DNA from: an uncultured Actinomycetota bacterium
GTDB lineage: Bacteria > Actinomycetota > Actinomycetes > Propionibacteriales > Propionibacteriaceae
Assembly: GCA_963831315.1 (NCBI GenBank)
Contig: CAWHQB010000036.1
Coordinates: 39,639-103,638, forward strand
Length of the DNA: 64,000 nt
Direction of reading: 5' to 3'
The notes below the pieces were generated by a model. The model ran no database searches and was not told the origin of the DNA. It was given only the letters and a program-made list of their open reading frames with translations. Positions within the stretch are counted from its first letter, which is position 1. Each line of letters opens with the position of its first letter. Made by a program: the position numbers and the translations under genes. This document shows positions 36,776 to 45,562 of this stretch, piece after piece.

Positions 36776-37339
36776 TCAGTCCTCGCCCTCTGTGTCTGCG
36801 GCTGCTGGAGCGGCACCGGCGGCCTTGGCGTCCTGTTCGATCACGTCGGTGTCGGCCTTGATCTCTCTGGATTCCACCTTGTCGGCCTTGCTCATCGACT
36901 GCTTGATGTCGTCTTCCATCTCCGTGACGCCTACGACCACCAGCCCTGCTTGGCCCTCATCGAGGTATTCACCGAGCTCTTTGAGATCGCTGCGGCTCAT
37001 CCCAGCCGCCGCGTGGCCGGCCACCGCACCGAGCACTGCTCCACCGGCCGTAGTGGCTGCGAGCAGACCACCCCCGATTGCGGCGAACGGAAACAGAACC
37101 AGGACCAGCCCGGTAGCCAGACCGACACCCCCGCCGAGGACTCCGCCGACCCGCGTCGGCGTCTCGTGCTTCTTGGTGATGCGAACCTTTCCGTCTTCCC
37201 GCTTTTCGATCACCGCCGCGTCGTAGGCATCGAGCATGCCGGCCTTGGTGTGTAGGTCCTTGACCAGCTGGTAATCCGCCTCAGCGTCCTCGACGCTGGG
37301 GTACACGCCGATGTACGCCACGAATGTGTCGACAGCCAT
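36776..37339 (-). CDS. DUF1269-like glycine-zipper membrane protein
   Basis: AAGGAG RBS before ATG 37339. N-domain VAYIGVYPSVEDAEADYQLVKDL...AAVIEKREDGKVRI, glycine zipper GGVLGGGVGLATG...GGLLAATTAGGAVLGAVAG, then SRSDLKELGEYLDEGQAGLVVV. Confidence 0.65.
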   Translation of the reverse strand: MAVDTFVAYIGVYPSVEDAEADYQLVKDLHTKAGMLDAYDAAVIEKREDGKVRITKKHETPTRVGGVLGGGVGLATGLVLVLFPFAAIGGGLLAATTAGGAVLGAVAGHAAAGMSRSDLKELGEYLDEGQAGLVVVGVTEMEDDIKQSMSKADKVESREIKADTDVIEQDAKAAGAAPAAADTEGED

Positions 37340-37466
37340 CTCATCTCCTTGATCTCTGGGCTGCGTTACTGTCTCAAAGCTGGTCAGCAGTATGGGCCCG
37401 CCAGTGATGAGGGTCATCACCCTGCGCGGGTGAGTTGCACGAATGGCGCTGGCGGAAGGATCCGGA

Positions 37467-38111
37467 ATGGTTGACAGAGACAGCGACGACACGGTGGTAC
37501 GCCTCTCCCGAATGGAAGCGTTCAGCGACGGAGTGTTCGCCATTGCCATCACTTTGCTGGTGCTGGAACTTTCAATTCCGGAGGGTTCCGAAGGGCATCT
37601 GCTGAGCGCGGTACTCAGCCTGTGGCCGTCTTATCTCGCCTACATCGTCACCTTTGCGACGATCGGAGCGACGTGGCTGGGCCACAACTCGATCACGCAT
37701 TACATGCATGGTGCCAACACCACAGTTCTGAGGGTGAATCTCGCCCTGCTGCTGGTGGTCTCATTTCTGCCGTTCCCCACCAAACTGGTGGCGGAATACC
37801 TCGGATCTCGTGAAGACGAGAAGGTAGCTGCCACTATTTTCGGCATCACGCTGCTGGCCGCGACTTCACTGTTGTCGGTGATGTGGACGCTGGCGGTGCG
37901 TCATCAGCTTGTTCACCCGGCTACCGGCGATGATGAGATTACGCTGCTGTCGAAGCGGCTCAGACCGAGCCTTGCGCTTTATGTCGTGCTGATCGTGGTC
38001 GGTTGGTTTACTCCGCTGGTTGCCGTGATCGGCTATTTAGTGATCGCGTTCTTCCTCATTTTTCCGATCAAGCTGCACCGCCGGCAGAAGGCCGAGCCTG
38101 CCGTCAGCTGA
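37467..38111 (+). CDS. TMEM175-family (DUF1211) potassium channel-like protein
   Basis: Signature RMEAFSDGVFAIAITLLVLEL and six TM helices. GGAAGGA RBS before ATG 37467. Confidence 0.8.
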   Translation: MVDRDSDDTVVRLSRMEAFSDGVFAIAITLLVLELSIPEGSEGHLLSAVLSLWPSYLAYIVTFATIGATWLGHNSITHYMHGANTTVLRVNLALLLVVSFLPFPTKLVAEYLGSREDEKVAATIFGITLLAATSLLSVMWTLAVRHQLVHPATGDDEITLLSKRLRPSLALYVVLIVVGWFTPLVAVIGYLVIAFFLIFPIKLHRRQKAEPAVS

Positions 38112-38137
38112 TCCGCGCTGAGCGAATCGAACTCCAC

Positions 38138-38154
38138 TCACCCCGCCGGGGTGA
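38138..38154 (+). terminator. GC hairpin after the TMEM175-like gene
   Basis: TCACCCC GCC GGGGTGA, a perfect 7-bp stem, 27 nt after the stop. There is no U-tract, so it is not a classic intrinsic terminator. Confidence 0.4.
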
Positions 38155-38224
38155 TGCTGGCCGGCTCGTGACTGAACGAGCATGATCACGTAGCACTTTC
38201 TCTCTCAAGAAGAGGTGGGGATAC

Positions 38225-39766
38225 ATGCCTGACTCCAAGCCAAACATTCTGGTGATCTGGGGCGACGACATCGGGATCACCAACCTGAGCTGCTACAGCG
38301 ATGGATTGATGGGCTACCGTACGCCGAACATCGACCGGATCGCCGCCGAGGGAATGCGGTTCACCGACTCGTACGGGGAGCAGAGCTGTACCGCCGGCCG
38401 GTCGTCCTTCATCACGGGCCAAAGCGTCTTCCGGACCGGCCTGAGCAAGGTCGGCGTACCGGCGGCACCGACCGGCTTGCAGGCAGAGGATCCGACCATC
38501 GCGGAGTTGCTGAAGCCGCTCGGCTACGCGACCGGCCAATTCGGGAAGAACCATCTTGGCGACCGCAACGAGTTCCTTCCGACGCTCCACGGCTTCGATG
38601 AGTTCTTTGGCAATCTCTATCACCTAAACGCCGAGGAGGACCCGGAGCAGCCGAACTACCCGCCGTCTGAGGATTTCCCGAACTTCCGGGACCGGTTCGG
38701 GCCACGCGGGGTGCTGCACTCGTGGGCGACCGATGAAGACGACGCGACCGAGGAGCCTCGCTGGGGCCGCGTGGGCAAGCAACGGGTCGAGGACACCGGA
38801 CCGCTGACGAGGAAGCGCATGGAGACCGTCGACGACGAGATCTTGGAGCATGGGCTCGACTTCATTGATCGGCAGGCAGCGGCTGGGACACCGTTCTTCC
38901 TCTGGTTCAACACCACGCACATGCATTTCCGAACGCATCCAAAGCCGGAGAGTGTCGGCCAGGCTGGCCGCTGGCAATCGGAGTACCACGACACGATGAT
39001 CGACCACGACAAAGTCGTGGGCTCGCTACTGGACAAGCTGGACGAGCTCGGGATCGCAGACGACACGATCGTCGTGTACTCGACCGACAACGGCCCGCAT
39101 ATGAACAGCTGGCCAGACGGCGGCATGACGCCGTTCCGCAGTGAGAAAAACACGAACTGGGAAGGCGCGTTCCGGGTGCCGGAAGTGGTCCGTTGGCCGG
39201 ACAAGATCCCGGCCGGAGTGGTCTCGAACGAGATCATCCACCACCATGACTGGCTGCCGACCTTCCTTGCAGCGGCAGGAGAACCGGACATCGTCGAGAA
39301 ACTCAAGGCCGGTCACAGCGTCGGGGATATGACTTACAAGGTGCACATCGACGGCTTCAACCTGCTGCCGTACCTGACCGGCGAGGTGGACAAGAGCCCG
39401 CGGCAGGGTCTCATCTACTTCTCCGATGACGGCGATGTGCTGGGAATCCGCTTCGACAATTGGAAAGTCGTCTTCATGGAGCAGCGCCTACAGGGCACGA
39501 TGCAGCTCTGGGCCGAGCCCTTCGTCGCGCTCCGGCTCCCGAAGCTTTTCAATCTGCGCACGGACCCCTTTGAGCGCGCCGACATCACCTCGAATACTTA
39601 TTGGGACTGGCTGGTGGATAGCGGCATCCTGGTCCTGACGGCGTCGGCGATGACCGCCCAGTTCCTCGAGACCTTCAAGGAGTTCCCGCCGCGTCAGAAG
39701 GCGGCCAGCTTCACCATCGACCAGGCGATGGCCAAGCTTGAGGCCGCCCTCACCGAAGGCCGGTAG
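38225..39766 (+). CDS. arylsulfatase (Cys-type, formylglycine-dependent)
   Basis: NILVIWGDDIG and the active-site motif SCTAGRSSFITG (C-x-A-x-R). Sulfatase fold-length ORF. Confidence 0.9.
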   Translation: MPDSKPNILVIWGDDIGITNLSCYSDGLMGYRTPNIDRIAAEGMRFTDSYGEQSCTAGRSSFITGQSVFRTGLSKVGVPAAPTGLQAEDPTIAELLKPLGYATGQFGKNHLGDRNEFLPTLHGFDEFFGNLYHLNAEEDPEQPNYPPSEDFPNFRDRFGPRGVLHSWATDEDDATEEPRWGRVGKQRVEDTGPLTRKRMETVDDEILEHGLDFIDRQAAAGTPFFLWFNTTHMHFRTHPKPESVGQAGRWQSEYHDTMIDHDKVVGSLLDKLDELGIADDTIVVYSTDNGPHMNSWPDGGMTPFRSEKNTNWEGAFRVPEVVRWPDKIPAGVVSNEIIHHHDWLPTFLAAAGEPDIVEKLKAGHSVGDMTYKVHIDGFNLLPYLTGEVDKSPRQGLIYFSDDGDVLGIRFDNWKVVFMEQRLQGTMQLWAEPFVALRLPKLFNLRTDPFERADITSNTYWDWLVDSGILVLTASAMTAQFLETFKEFPPRQKAASFTIDQAMAKLEAALTEGR

Positions 39767-39769
39767 GGG

Positions 39770-40716
39770 ATGGGGATGGCGGACATGCTCCAGTCATGGA
39801 ACGACGGCCAGACGAAGTCCGCGATCACCGACTTCGTGGCTCGCGTGACCGAAGAGGGCGGGCCCGACTATGTCGAGCCCGCCGCCCGGGTCGCCGTCTT
39901 CGACAACGACGGCACGCTATGGACCGAGAAGCCGCTGGTCATCCAGCTTGACTTCACGATCCGCCGGTTCCGCGAGTTGGCCGAGGAGGACCCAGCATTA
40001 CGGACTCAGCAGCCCTACCAGGCCGCGTACGAGGGCGACATGCACTGGCTCGGCGCGGCTGTGGTGAAGCACTACCGCGGTGACGACAGCGACCTAAAGC
40101 TGTTGATGGTCGCCGTACCCAAGGCATTCGAAGCGGTGACCGTCGAAGATTACGACCGACGGGTCAAGGGAGTTCTTCGACGAGGCCGACAATCCAGGGC
40201 TCAAGCGTCCGTACCGAACATGCGGCTACCGCCGATGGTTGAGCTGCTGCGCTATCTGGAAGCAACGACTTTGCCACCTACATTGCATCGGGGGGTGATC
40301 GGGACTTCATGCGTCCCGTCGCGGAGGATCTGTACGGCATTCCGCCTGAGCGGGTCATCGGCAGCGCCCTCGGAATCACCTACTCATCTGAAGGCGGCCA
40401 GTCCGCCTTGCTCTACAAGGGTGCAATGGACTTCTTCGATGACGGTCCCGAGAAGCCGGTTCGGATCTGGAGCCGGATCGGGCGGCGTCCCATTCTCGCC
40501 TTTGGCAACTCGAACGGCGATGTGCCGATGCTGGCCTTTTCAGGAACTCCGTCCACTCCATCACTTCGGCTGTTGCTGCTGCACGACGACGCCGACCGCG
40601 AATTCGACTACACGGCCGGGGCAGAGCAGGCGCTGGAGACTGCCAAGAGCCAGAATTGGACCGTGGTGAGCATGAAGAACGACTGGGCCGAGATCTTCGC
40701 CGCATCCAGCTCGTGA
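39770..40716 (+). pseudogene. HAD-superfamily hydrolase with three single-base indels
   Basis: DNDGTLW motif I. Homology runs through three frames: ...DRRVK / EFFDEADNPGLKRPYRTCGY / PPMVELLRYLEA / NDFATYIASGGDRDFMRPVAEDLYGIPPERVIG...GNSNGDVPML. The indels are at about 40169 (+1), 40230 (-1) and 40263 (-1). Confidence 0.85.
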
Positions 40717-41675
40717 TGTCCTCCGATGCACAGCTGCTCGGACTTGCCGACACCGACGGACTGACCTGGATTCCGGCCCAGACGTACACGATGGGCTCGG
40801 ACCGGCACTATCCCGAGGAACGGCCGGCCCATCAGGTGACTGTCGACGGATTCTGGATGGAGACTCACCAGGTCACCAGCGCCCAGTTCGAGGCGTTCGC
40901 CGACGCGACCGGCTATCTCACCGTCGCCGAGCGACCACTCGATCCGGCAGACTTCCCGGGCGCTCCGGAGGAGAACCTGCAACCCGGATCGATGGTGTTC
41001 ACGCGTACGGCCGGGCCGGTGAATTTCCACCACATCAATTTGTGGTGGACCTGGACCCCTGGCGCGTTCTGGCGGCACCCCGAAGGCCGCGGATCATCGA
41101 TCAGCGGACGCGAGGATCATCCAGTCGTCCAGGTCGCCTATGAGGACGCCGAGGCGTACGCGAACTGGGCCGGGCGGAGCCTGCCGAGCGAGGCGGAATG
41201 GGAGGCGGCCGCACGGGGCGGGTTACATCAGACAATCTTCACCTGGGGTGAGGAGCCCGAGCCCGCAGGGGACGGGCTCGCCAACTTCTGGCATGGCGAC
41301 TTTCCGTGGCGACCTGATGCTGGTTACGGCACGACGACCCCAGTCGGCTCCTTCCCGCCGAACGGGTACGGCTTACATGACATGGCCGGCAACGTGTGGG
41401 ACTGGACCACCGACTGGTACGCCGACCGGCATCCTGCCGACGTCGACAAGGCCTGCTGCATCCCGCGCAATCCGCGCGGCGGCGGCCTCGCCGACAGCTA
41501 CGACCGTCGGCAGCCACAGTTCCGGGTGCCTCGGAAGGTGATCAAGGGTGGCTCTTACCTGTGTGCCGACAGCTATTGCATGCGCTACCGACCTGCCGCT
41601 CGTCGCCCGCAGATGATCGATACCGGCATGAGCCACATCGGCTTCCGCTGTGTGGTCCGCAACATCACCAATTGA
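40716..41675 (+). CDS. formylglycine-generating enzyme (FGE/SUMF1 family), paralogue 2
   Basis: MSSDAQLLG...HQVTSAQFEAFADATGYLTVAE, SLPSEAEWEAAARGG, GNVWDWT, KGGSYLCADSYCMRYRPAAR. The ATG overlaps the HAD stop (TGATG). Confidence 0.85.
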   Translation: MSSDAQLLGLADTDGLTWIPAQTYTMGSDRHYPEERPAHQVTVDGFWMETHQVTSAQFEAFADATGYLTVAERPLDPADFPGAPEENLQPGSMVFTRTAGPVNFHHINLWWTWTPGAFWRHPEGRGSSISGREDHPVVQVAYEDAEAYANWAGRSLPSEAEWEAAARGGLHQTIFTWGEEPEPAGDGLANFWHGDFPWRPDAGYGTTTPVGSFPPNGYGLHDMAGNVWDWTTDWYADRHPADVDKACCIPRNPRGGGLADSYDRRQPQFRVPRKVIKGGSYLCADSYCMRYRPAARRPQMIDTGMSHIGFRCVVRNITN

Positions 41676-43424
41676 TCAGATCTGGGCTTGCGCGGCCTGC
41701 ACCGCTGCACGCACGGTCGGGTAGAGGTGCTCCTCGCCGACCAGATCGAGGACGCCGGCAGCTTCCAGGTGATCGCTCATGTGGCCGTGGAGGCGGGCGA
41801 AGACGAACGTGATGGATTCATCGCGCAATGACTCGATCAGCTCGGTCAGCGTACGTACCCCAGTCGCATCGACGTGGTTAAGGGCCTCACCGTCGAACAC
41901 CAACCAATGTATGGGTGCGGGTGCGCCTGCGACAGCCTCGCGAATCCGCCCCTTGACATAGTGGGCGTTGGCGAAGAAGAGCCGATCATCGAGCCGATAG
42001 ACCAATACTCCGGGAACGACTCTGGCGGACGGATGGAGTCGTACGTCGGCGTATCGGTCCAATCGCTCGACCCAACCGAGTACCGCGTCGTGTGGAGTTG
42101 CGCTGCGGCGGACCGCGTCTACGACGGAGAGGGCGACGGCGAGCAGTAACGCCCGAAGCACGCCTACAGAGATCACTCCCAGCATGGTTATGGCGGCAAT
42201 CGCGACTTCTACTCGGCTGAGCCGTGCGAGACCGCGCCAGGCGACGAGATCGAGCATCCCGACCGACGCGGCCACAATGACGGCGCCGAGAGTCGCTACG
42301 GGCAGATACTCCACGGGACCGGTGAGGAACAGCAGAACCAGTGCAGTCACGCCCGCAGAAAGCAGTCCTGACAGCTGCGTGCGGGCGCCCATCTGATCGT
42401 TGACGGATGTACGCGAGCCGCTGGCACCGACCGGGAACCCCTGGCTGATCCCGGCGGCCAAGTTCGCCGCGCCCATGGCAGCCAACTCGGCACTCGCGTG
42501 CACGTGCTGGCCGTGGCGGCCGGCGTAGGTCCGAGCCGTCAGGATCCCGCCGGAGAAACCGACGAAGAAGATGCCCAGTGCGGCTGGGATGAGCTTGAGT
42601 GCGTCGATCAGCCGCACGTCGGGCACTTCGAGACTGGGCAAGCCGGGCGGGATTTGGCCGACCACTGCCACTCCCTCGTTGGCCAGCCCGACGACAGCCG
42701 AGACCACAATGGCCAGCACGACAACGAAGAGTGGTGTTGGGAGCTTGGGAAACAGCCATCCGAAGAGCAGCAGGACAGCCAGGCAGGTCACCCCGACCGC
42801 GAAAGTGGCCCAGTTGATCTCGTCGATCTCCCGGATGACCTCGAGCAGCTCGCCCGGAGGATTCTCAGCACTGATGTTCAGGCCGAGCAGCTTGCCGAGC
42901 TGACCGATGATCAAAACGGCTGCAACACCGTGGATGTAGCCGATGAGCACGGGCCGTGACAGATAGTCAGCGATCCAGCCCAGCCGGACCAGCCGAGCCC
43001 CCAGGAACACGCCGCCAACGAGCAGCGCCAGCATGGCGGCCAGGGACGCCCGCTGCTCCGGATCGGTGGTCAACGGGATCACAGCGGCCCCGACAAGTGC
43101 GGCGACAGACCCGTCCGGCCCGACGACCAACTGGCGGGATGAGCCTAGAAGGGCATACGCAATCGCCGGTAGCAGCAGTGCGTAGAGGCCGATCACGGGT
43201 GACAGGCCGGCAATTTCGGCGTACGCCAACGATGCCGGTAGTGCCAGGGCGGCAACGGTCACGCCGGCCAGCAAGTCCCGCCGCAAGGTTCCGCCGCGGT
43301 AGCCCGGTACCTGTTCAGATACCGGTATCAGCCGCTGCAGGAGCGGCCGGCGAGCCGGGCGCTGGAAGGGCGACGCGTCACCCTCGTAGCGTTGACCGGC
43401 GCCGTCGCCGCTCCCGTCCTTCAT
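41676..43424 (-). CDS. SulP-family anion permease with C-terminal STAS domain
   Basis: SulP TM core (SRQLVVGPD, GASGSRTSVN) and STAS (VLVYRLDDRLFFANAHYVKGRI). Confidence 0.85.
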   Translation of the reverse strand: MKDGSGDGAGQRYEGDASPFQRPARRPLLQRLIPVSEQVPGYRGGTLRRDLLAGVTVAALALPASLAYAEIAGLSPVIGLYALLLPAIAYALLGSSRQLVVGPDGSVAALVGAAVIPLTTDPEQRASLAAMLALLVGGVFLGARLVRLGWIADYLSRPVLIGYIHGVAAVLIIGQLGKLLGLNISAENPPGELLEVIREIDEINWATFAVGVTCLAVLLLFGWLFPKLPTPLFVVVLAIVVSAVVGLANEGVAVVGQIPPGLPSLEVPDVRLIDALKLIPAALGIFFVGFSGGILTARTYAGRHGQHVHASAELAAMGAANLAAGISQGFPVGASGSRTSVNDQMGARTQLSGLLSAGVTALVLLFLTGPVEYLPVATLGAVIVAASVGMLDLVAWRGLARLSRVEVAIAAITMLGVISVGVLRALLLAVALSVVDAVRRSATPHDAVLGWVERLDRYADVRLHPSARVVPGVLVYRLDDRLFFANAHYVKGRIREAVAGAPAPIHWLVFDGEALNHVDATGVRTLTELIESLRDESITFVFARLHGHMSDHLEAAGVLDLVGEEHLYPTVRAAVQAAQAQI

Positions 43425-43449
43425 GTTGAGAACATCTTGACGGCCGGGA

Positions 43450-43938
43450 TCACTCCTCGGTGAAAACCTCGCGCAACTTGGCCTCTTGCTCCTCGGAAAG
43501 GTTGCTGGCGATCAGCTCAGCATTGCTGTCCTTGAAGGTGTCCTTGATGCGATCGACGACCGCATCAGAGCTCAGCAAGAACAGCGCTGACGTGCCGGGC
43601 GTTACGCGTTGCTTGACGCTATTGATGAAGTCGTCACTGATCCCGACGTCGGTCATCGAGCCGGCCAGCGCACCAATGCCGGCGCCGATAGCAGCTCCCA
43701 GCAGAGGCACGAAGAAGATCAACCCGAAGAGCATGCCCCAGAAGGTGCCGCCAAGGGCACCGGTAGCCGTCATGTTACTCAGTTGCCGGGTCTTCGGCTT
43801 CTTCTTTCCCGGTTCCCAGGAGACGACGGCAGCGTCCTGGACCTTGATCAACTCCTGCGCTTGCAGCCCCTGCAGCTTCTGGGACGCTTGCTCGGCACCC
43901 TCCACGTTGTCAAAAGCCCATGCGGTCAATGTCGCCAT
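43450..43938 (-). CDS. DUF1269-type glycine-zipper membrane protein
   Basis: MATLTAWAFDNVEGAEQASQKLQGLQ...AAVVSWEPGKKKPKTRQ, GALGGTFWGMLFGLIFFVPLLGAAIGAGIGALAG, DVGISDDFINSVKQRVTPGTSALFLL. Ends 25 nt upstream of the SulP start. Confidence 0.75.
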   Translation of the reverse strand: MATLTAWAFDNVEGAEQASQKLQGLQAQELIKVQDAAVVSWEPGKKKPKTRQLSNMTATGALGGTFWGMLFGLIFFVPLLGAAIGAGIGALAGSMTDVGISDDFINSVKQRVTPGTSALFLLSSDAVVDRIKDTFKDSNAELIASNLSEEQEAKLREVFTEE

Positions 43939-44064
43939 GCGGAGTACATCCTCTCTGTCGTGAATCGCTGACGGCGATCCATCCGAAATCATGATGGACG
44001 GTGGTGGGAGCCGCCTCACTCTTGGGGGGTGATTTTGGCAGCCGTCCGCCCGCACCCGGGTCAG

Positions 44065-44874
44065 CTAGCCGTGCTCGGGATTGCTGAGATAGCCGTGCAG
44101 CCTGTCGCTGCGCCGGCGGGCGATCTTGGCGGCAACCCCCGGCGCCCAGGCAAAGACGATCAAGCTCACCGCGACGGAAACCGCCGTGCCGATCCAGAGG
44201 CCGGCTGGATCCAGCTGATGTGGTGGGTGGCCCTGATGGGCAATGATCCAGATGATCAGACTCGGCATGAGCAGCGTGATCGCAATCAGTGGCACGACCA
44301 TGAAGGGGAGGACCACCAGGAGACCCCACCGAAGCAATGCTGCGCGCCAGTCGGAACGATGACGCCAACGCCACAGCAACTTCTGCGGGTGATAGGGCAG
44401 CCAGAGGCCGACCCACGCCGCGACGCTCAGCGCGCCCAGCGGGAGAAACAGCAGGGTGATAGCCACCGCGGCCGCGGGCTCATATCGCTGCTGTACGACT
44501 CCAATGACCATCGCAACAATCGCGGCGGTCGGGCCGATGAAGGAAGCCAAGACGAGGTGTTTCGCTCGGAGCCAGGTGCGCAGCGCGGCCGGATCCTGCA
44601 TTTGCGACACTGCCCGTACGGCGTCGCGACCGGCCACATTTGTGGCTGGAGTGTCGCCGAGCATCCACATCTCGAGGACGAATGGGAACGCCAGTGCGCC
44701 GTGCAGTGTGAACAGCCAGTTGCGGATGCTGTCGGGTAGCAGGAACCAGCAAATTGTCACCAGCCCAGCATTGAAACCCACCGCGATCAGGTCGTCGCGT
44801 CGTTCGGTGAATATCCGTCGGTATTCCGACCTGACTGCCGTGGCAACGTCGGTGAGGCTGAGCTCACTGGCCAT
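44065..44874 (-). CDS. hypothetical polytopic membrane protein
   Basis: Six or more hydrophobic helices. No motif recognised. Confidence 0.55.
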   Translation of the reverse strand: MASELSLTDVATAVRSEYRRIFTERRDDLIAVGFNAGLVTICWFLLPDSIRNWLFTLHGALAFPFVLEMWMLGDTPATNVAGRDAVRAVSQMQDPAALRTWLRAKHLVLASFIGPTAAIVAMVIGVVQQRYEPAAAVAITLLFLPLGALSVAAWVGLWLPYHPQKLLWRWRHRSDWRAALLRWGLLVVLPFMVVPLIAITLLMPSLIIWIIAHQGHPPHQLDPAGLWIGTAVSVAVSLIVFAWAPGVAAKIARRRSDRLHGYLSNPEHG

Positions 44875-44960
44875 GGCGTTGATTGTCCTCTTGGTGTAGC
44901 CGCTCAGTTACTGCTGCTGCGACGCCGACGTGGTGCAGGAAAGAAGTTCCTGGTTCGTGG

Positions 44961-44980
44961 TCGATTTCTGTCGATTTCTG
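44961..44980. repeat. 10-nt tandem direct repeat in a divergent promoter region
   Basis: TCGATTTCTG occurs twice in tandem, between the genes starting at 44874 (-) and 45062 (+). Possible regulator site. Confidence 0.3.
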
Positions 44981-45061
44981 CGTGGCCTACACGTCATACG
45001 GGTGATGCCATTCATCGTCGGCCGGCACACACGCTGGCAGACCAGACACGAGGAGGACGTA

Positions 45062-45370
45062 ATGGCGAAGTTCCTGTACCTGTTCACCGGCGGAGAGATG
45101 GCCGACACCCCTGAAGCTCAAGAAGAACAAATGCAGGAGTGGGTGGCCTGGTTCGGCACGCTCGGCGACTCGGTGGTCGATATGGGCAATGCGTTCGGTG
45201 CCAGCTCGACAGTGACGAACGGTAGTGCCAGCGATGGGGGAGCCTCCAAGCTGGGCGGTTACTCGATCATCGCCGCCGAATCCCTCGGCGAGGCTACGAC
45301 GAAGGCTGACGGATGTCCTGTCCTGCGCTCTGGTGGCAGCGTTGAGGTGTACGAAGCACTCCCCATGTGA
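45062..45370 (+). CDS. YciI-like (YCII-related) domain protein
   Basis: GAGGAGGA RBS. MAKFLYLFTGGEMADTPEAQEEQMQEWVAWFGTLG...GGYSIIAAESLGEATTKADGCPV. Confidence 0.7.
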   Translation: MAKFLYLFTGGEMADTPEAQEEQMQEWVAWFGTLGDSVVDMGNAFGASSTVTNGSASDGGASKLGGYSIIAAESLGEATTKADGCPVLRSGGSVEVYEALPM

Positions 45371-45376
45371 TCCTGG

Positions 45377-45450
45377 GTTTTCACTACCACTCCGCTTCAG
45401 TTACTTGGTCTCCGCATCATCTGCGGCTGATGCGACGTCCGAGTAACTGA
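45377..45450. repeat. extragenic nested palindrome, family P2, copy 2
   Basis: CCACTCCGCTTCAGTTACTTGGTC / TCCGCATCATCTGCGGCTGATGCGAC / GTCCGAGTAACTGATGCGGAGTGG. Starts 7 nt after the YciI-like stop. Confidence 0.85.
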
Positions 45451-45562
45451 TGCGGAGTGGCAATCAGGAAGCGCGTGGAAACATGCCCTCGCGTGGCGAC
45501 GCTGTCGGAGTTGCGGAAGTTATCCACAGATCTGCTGCAACCAGGTTCCGCAGGCGGCCCGC

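Noticed and set aside
45520-45528. A perfect E. coli-type DnaA box, TTATCCACA, in the leader of the AbiEi/DUF559-like gene.
   Set aside because: It is a single isolated 9-mer with no cluster of boxes, no AT-rich unwinding element and no dnaA/dnaN context. The presence of a DLW-39-like gene elsewhere in the window is not enough to call an origin.
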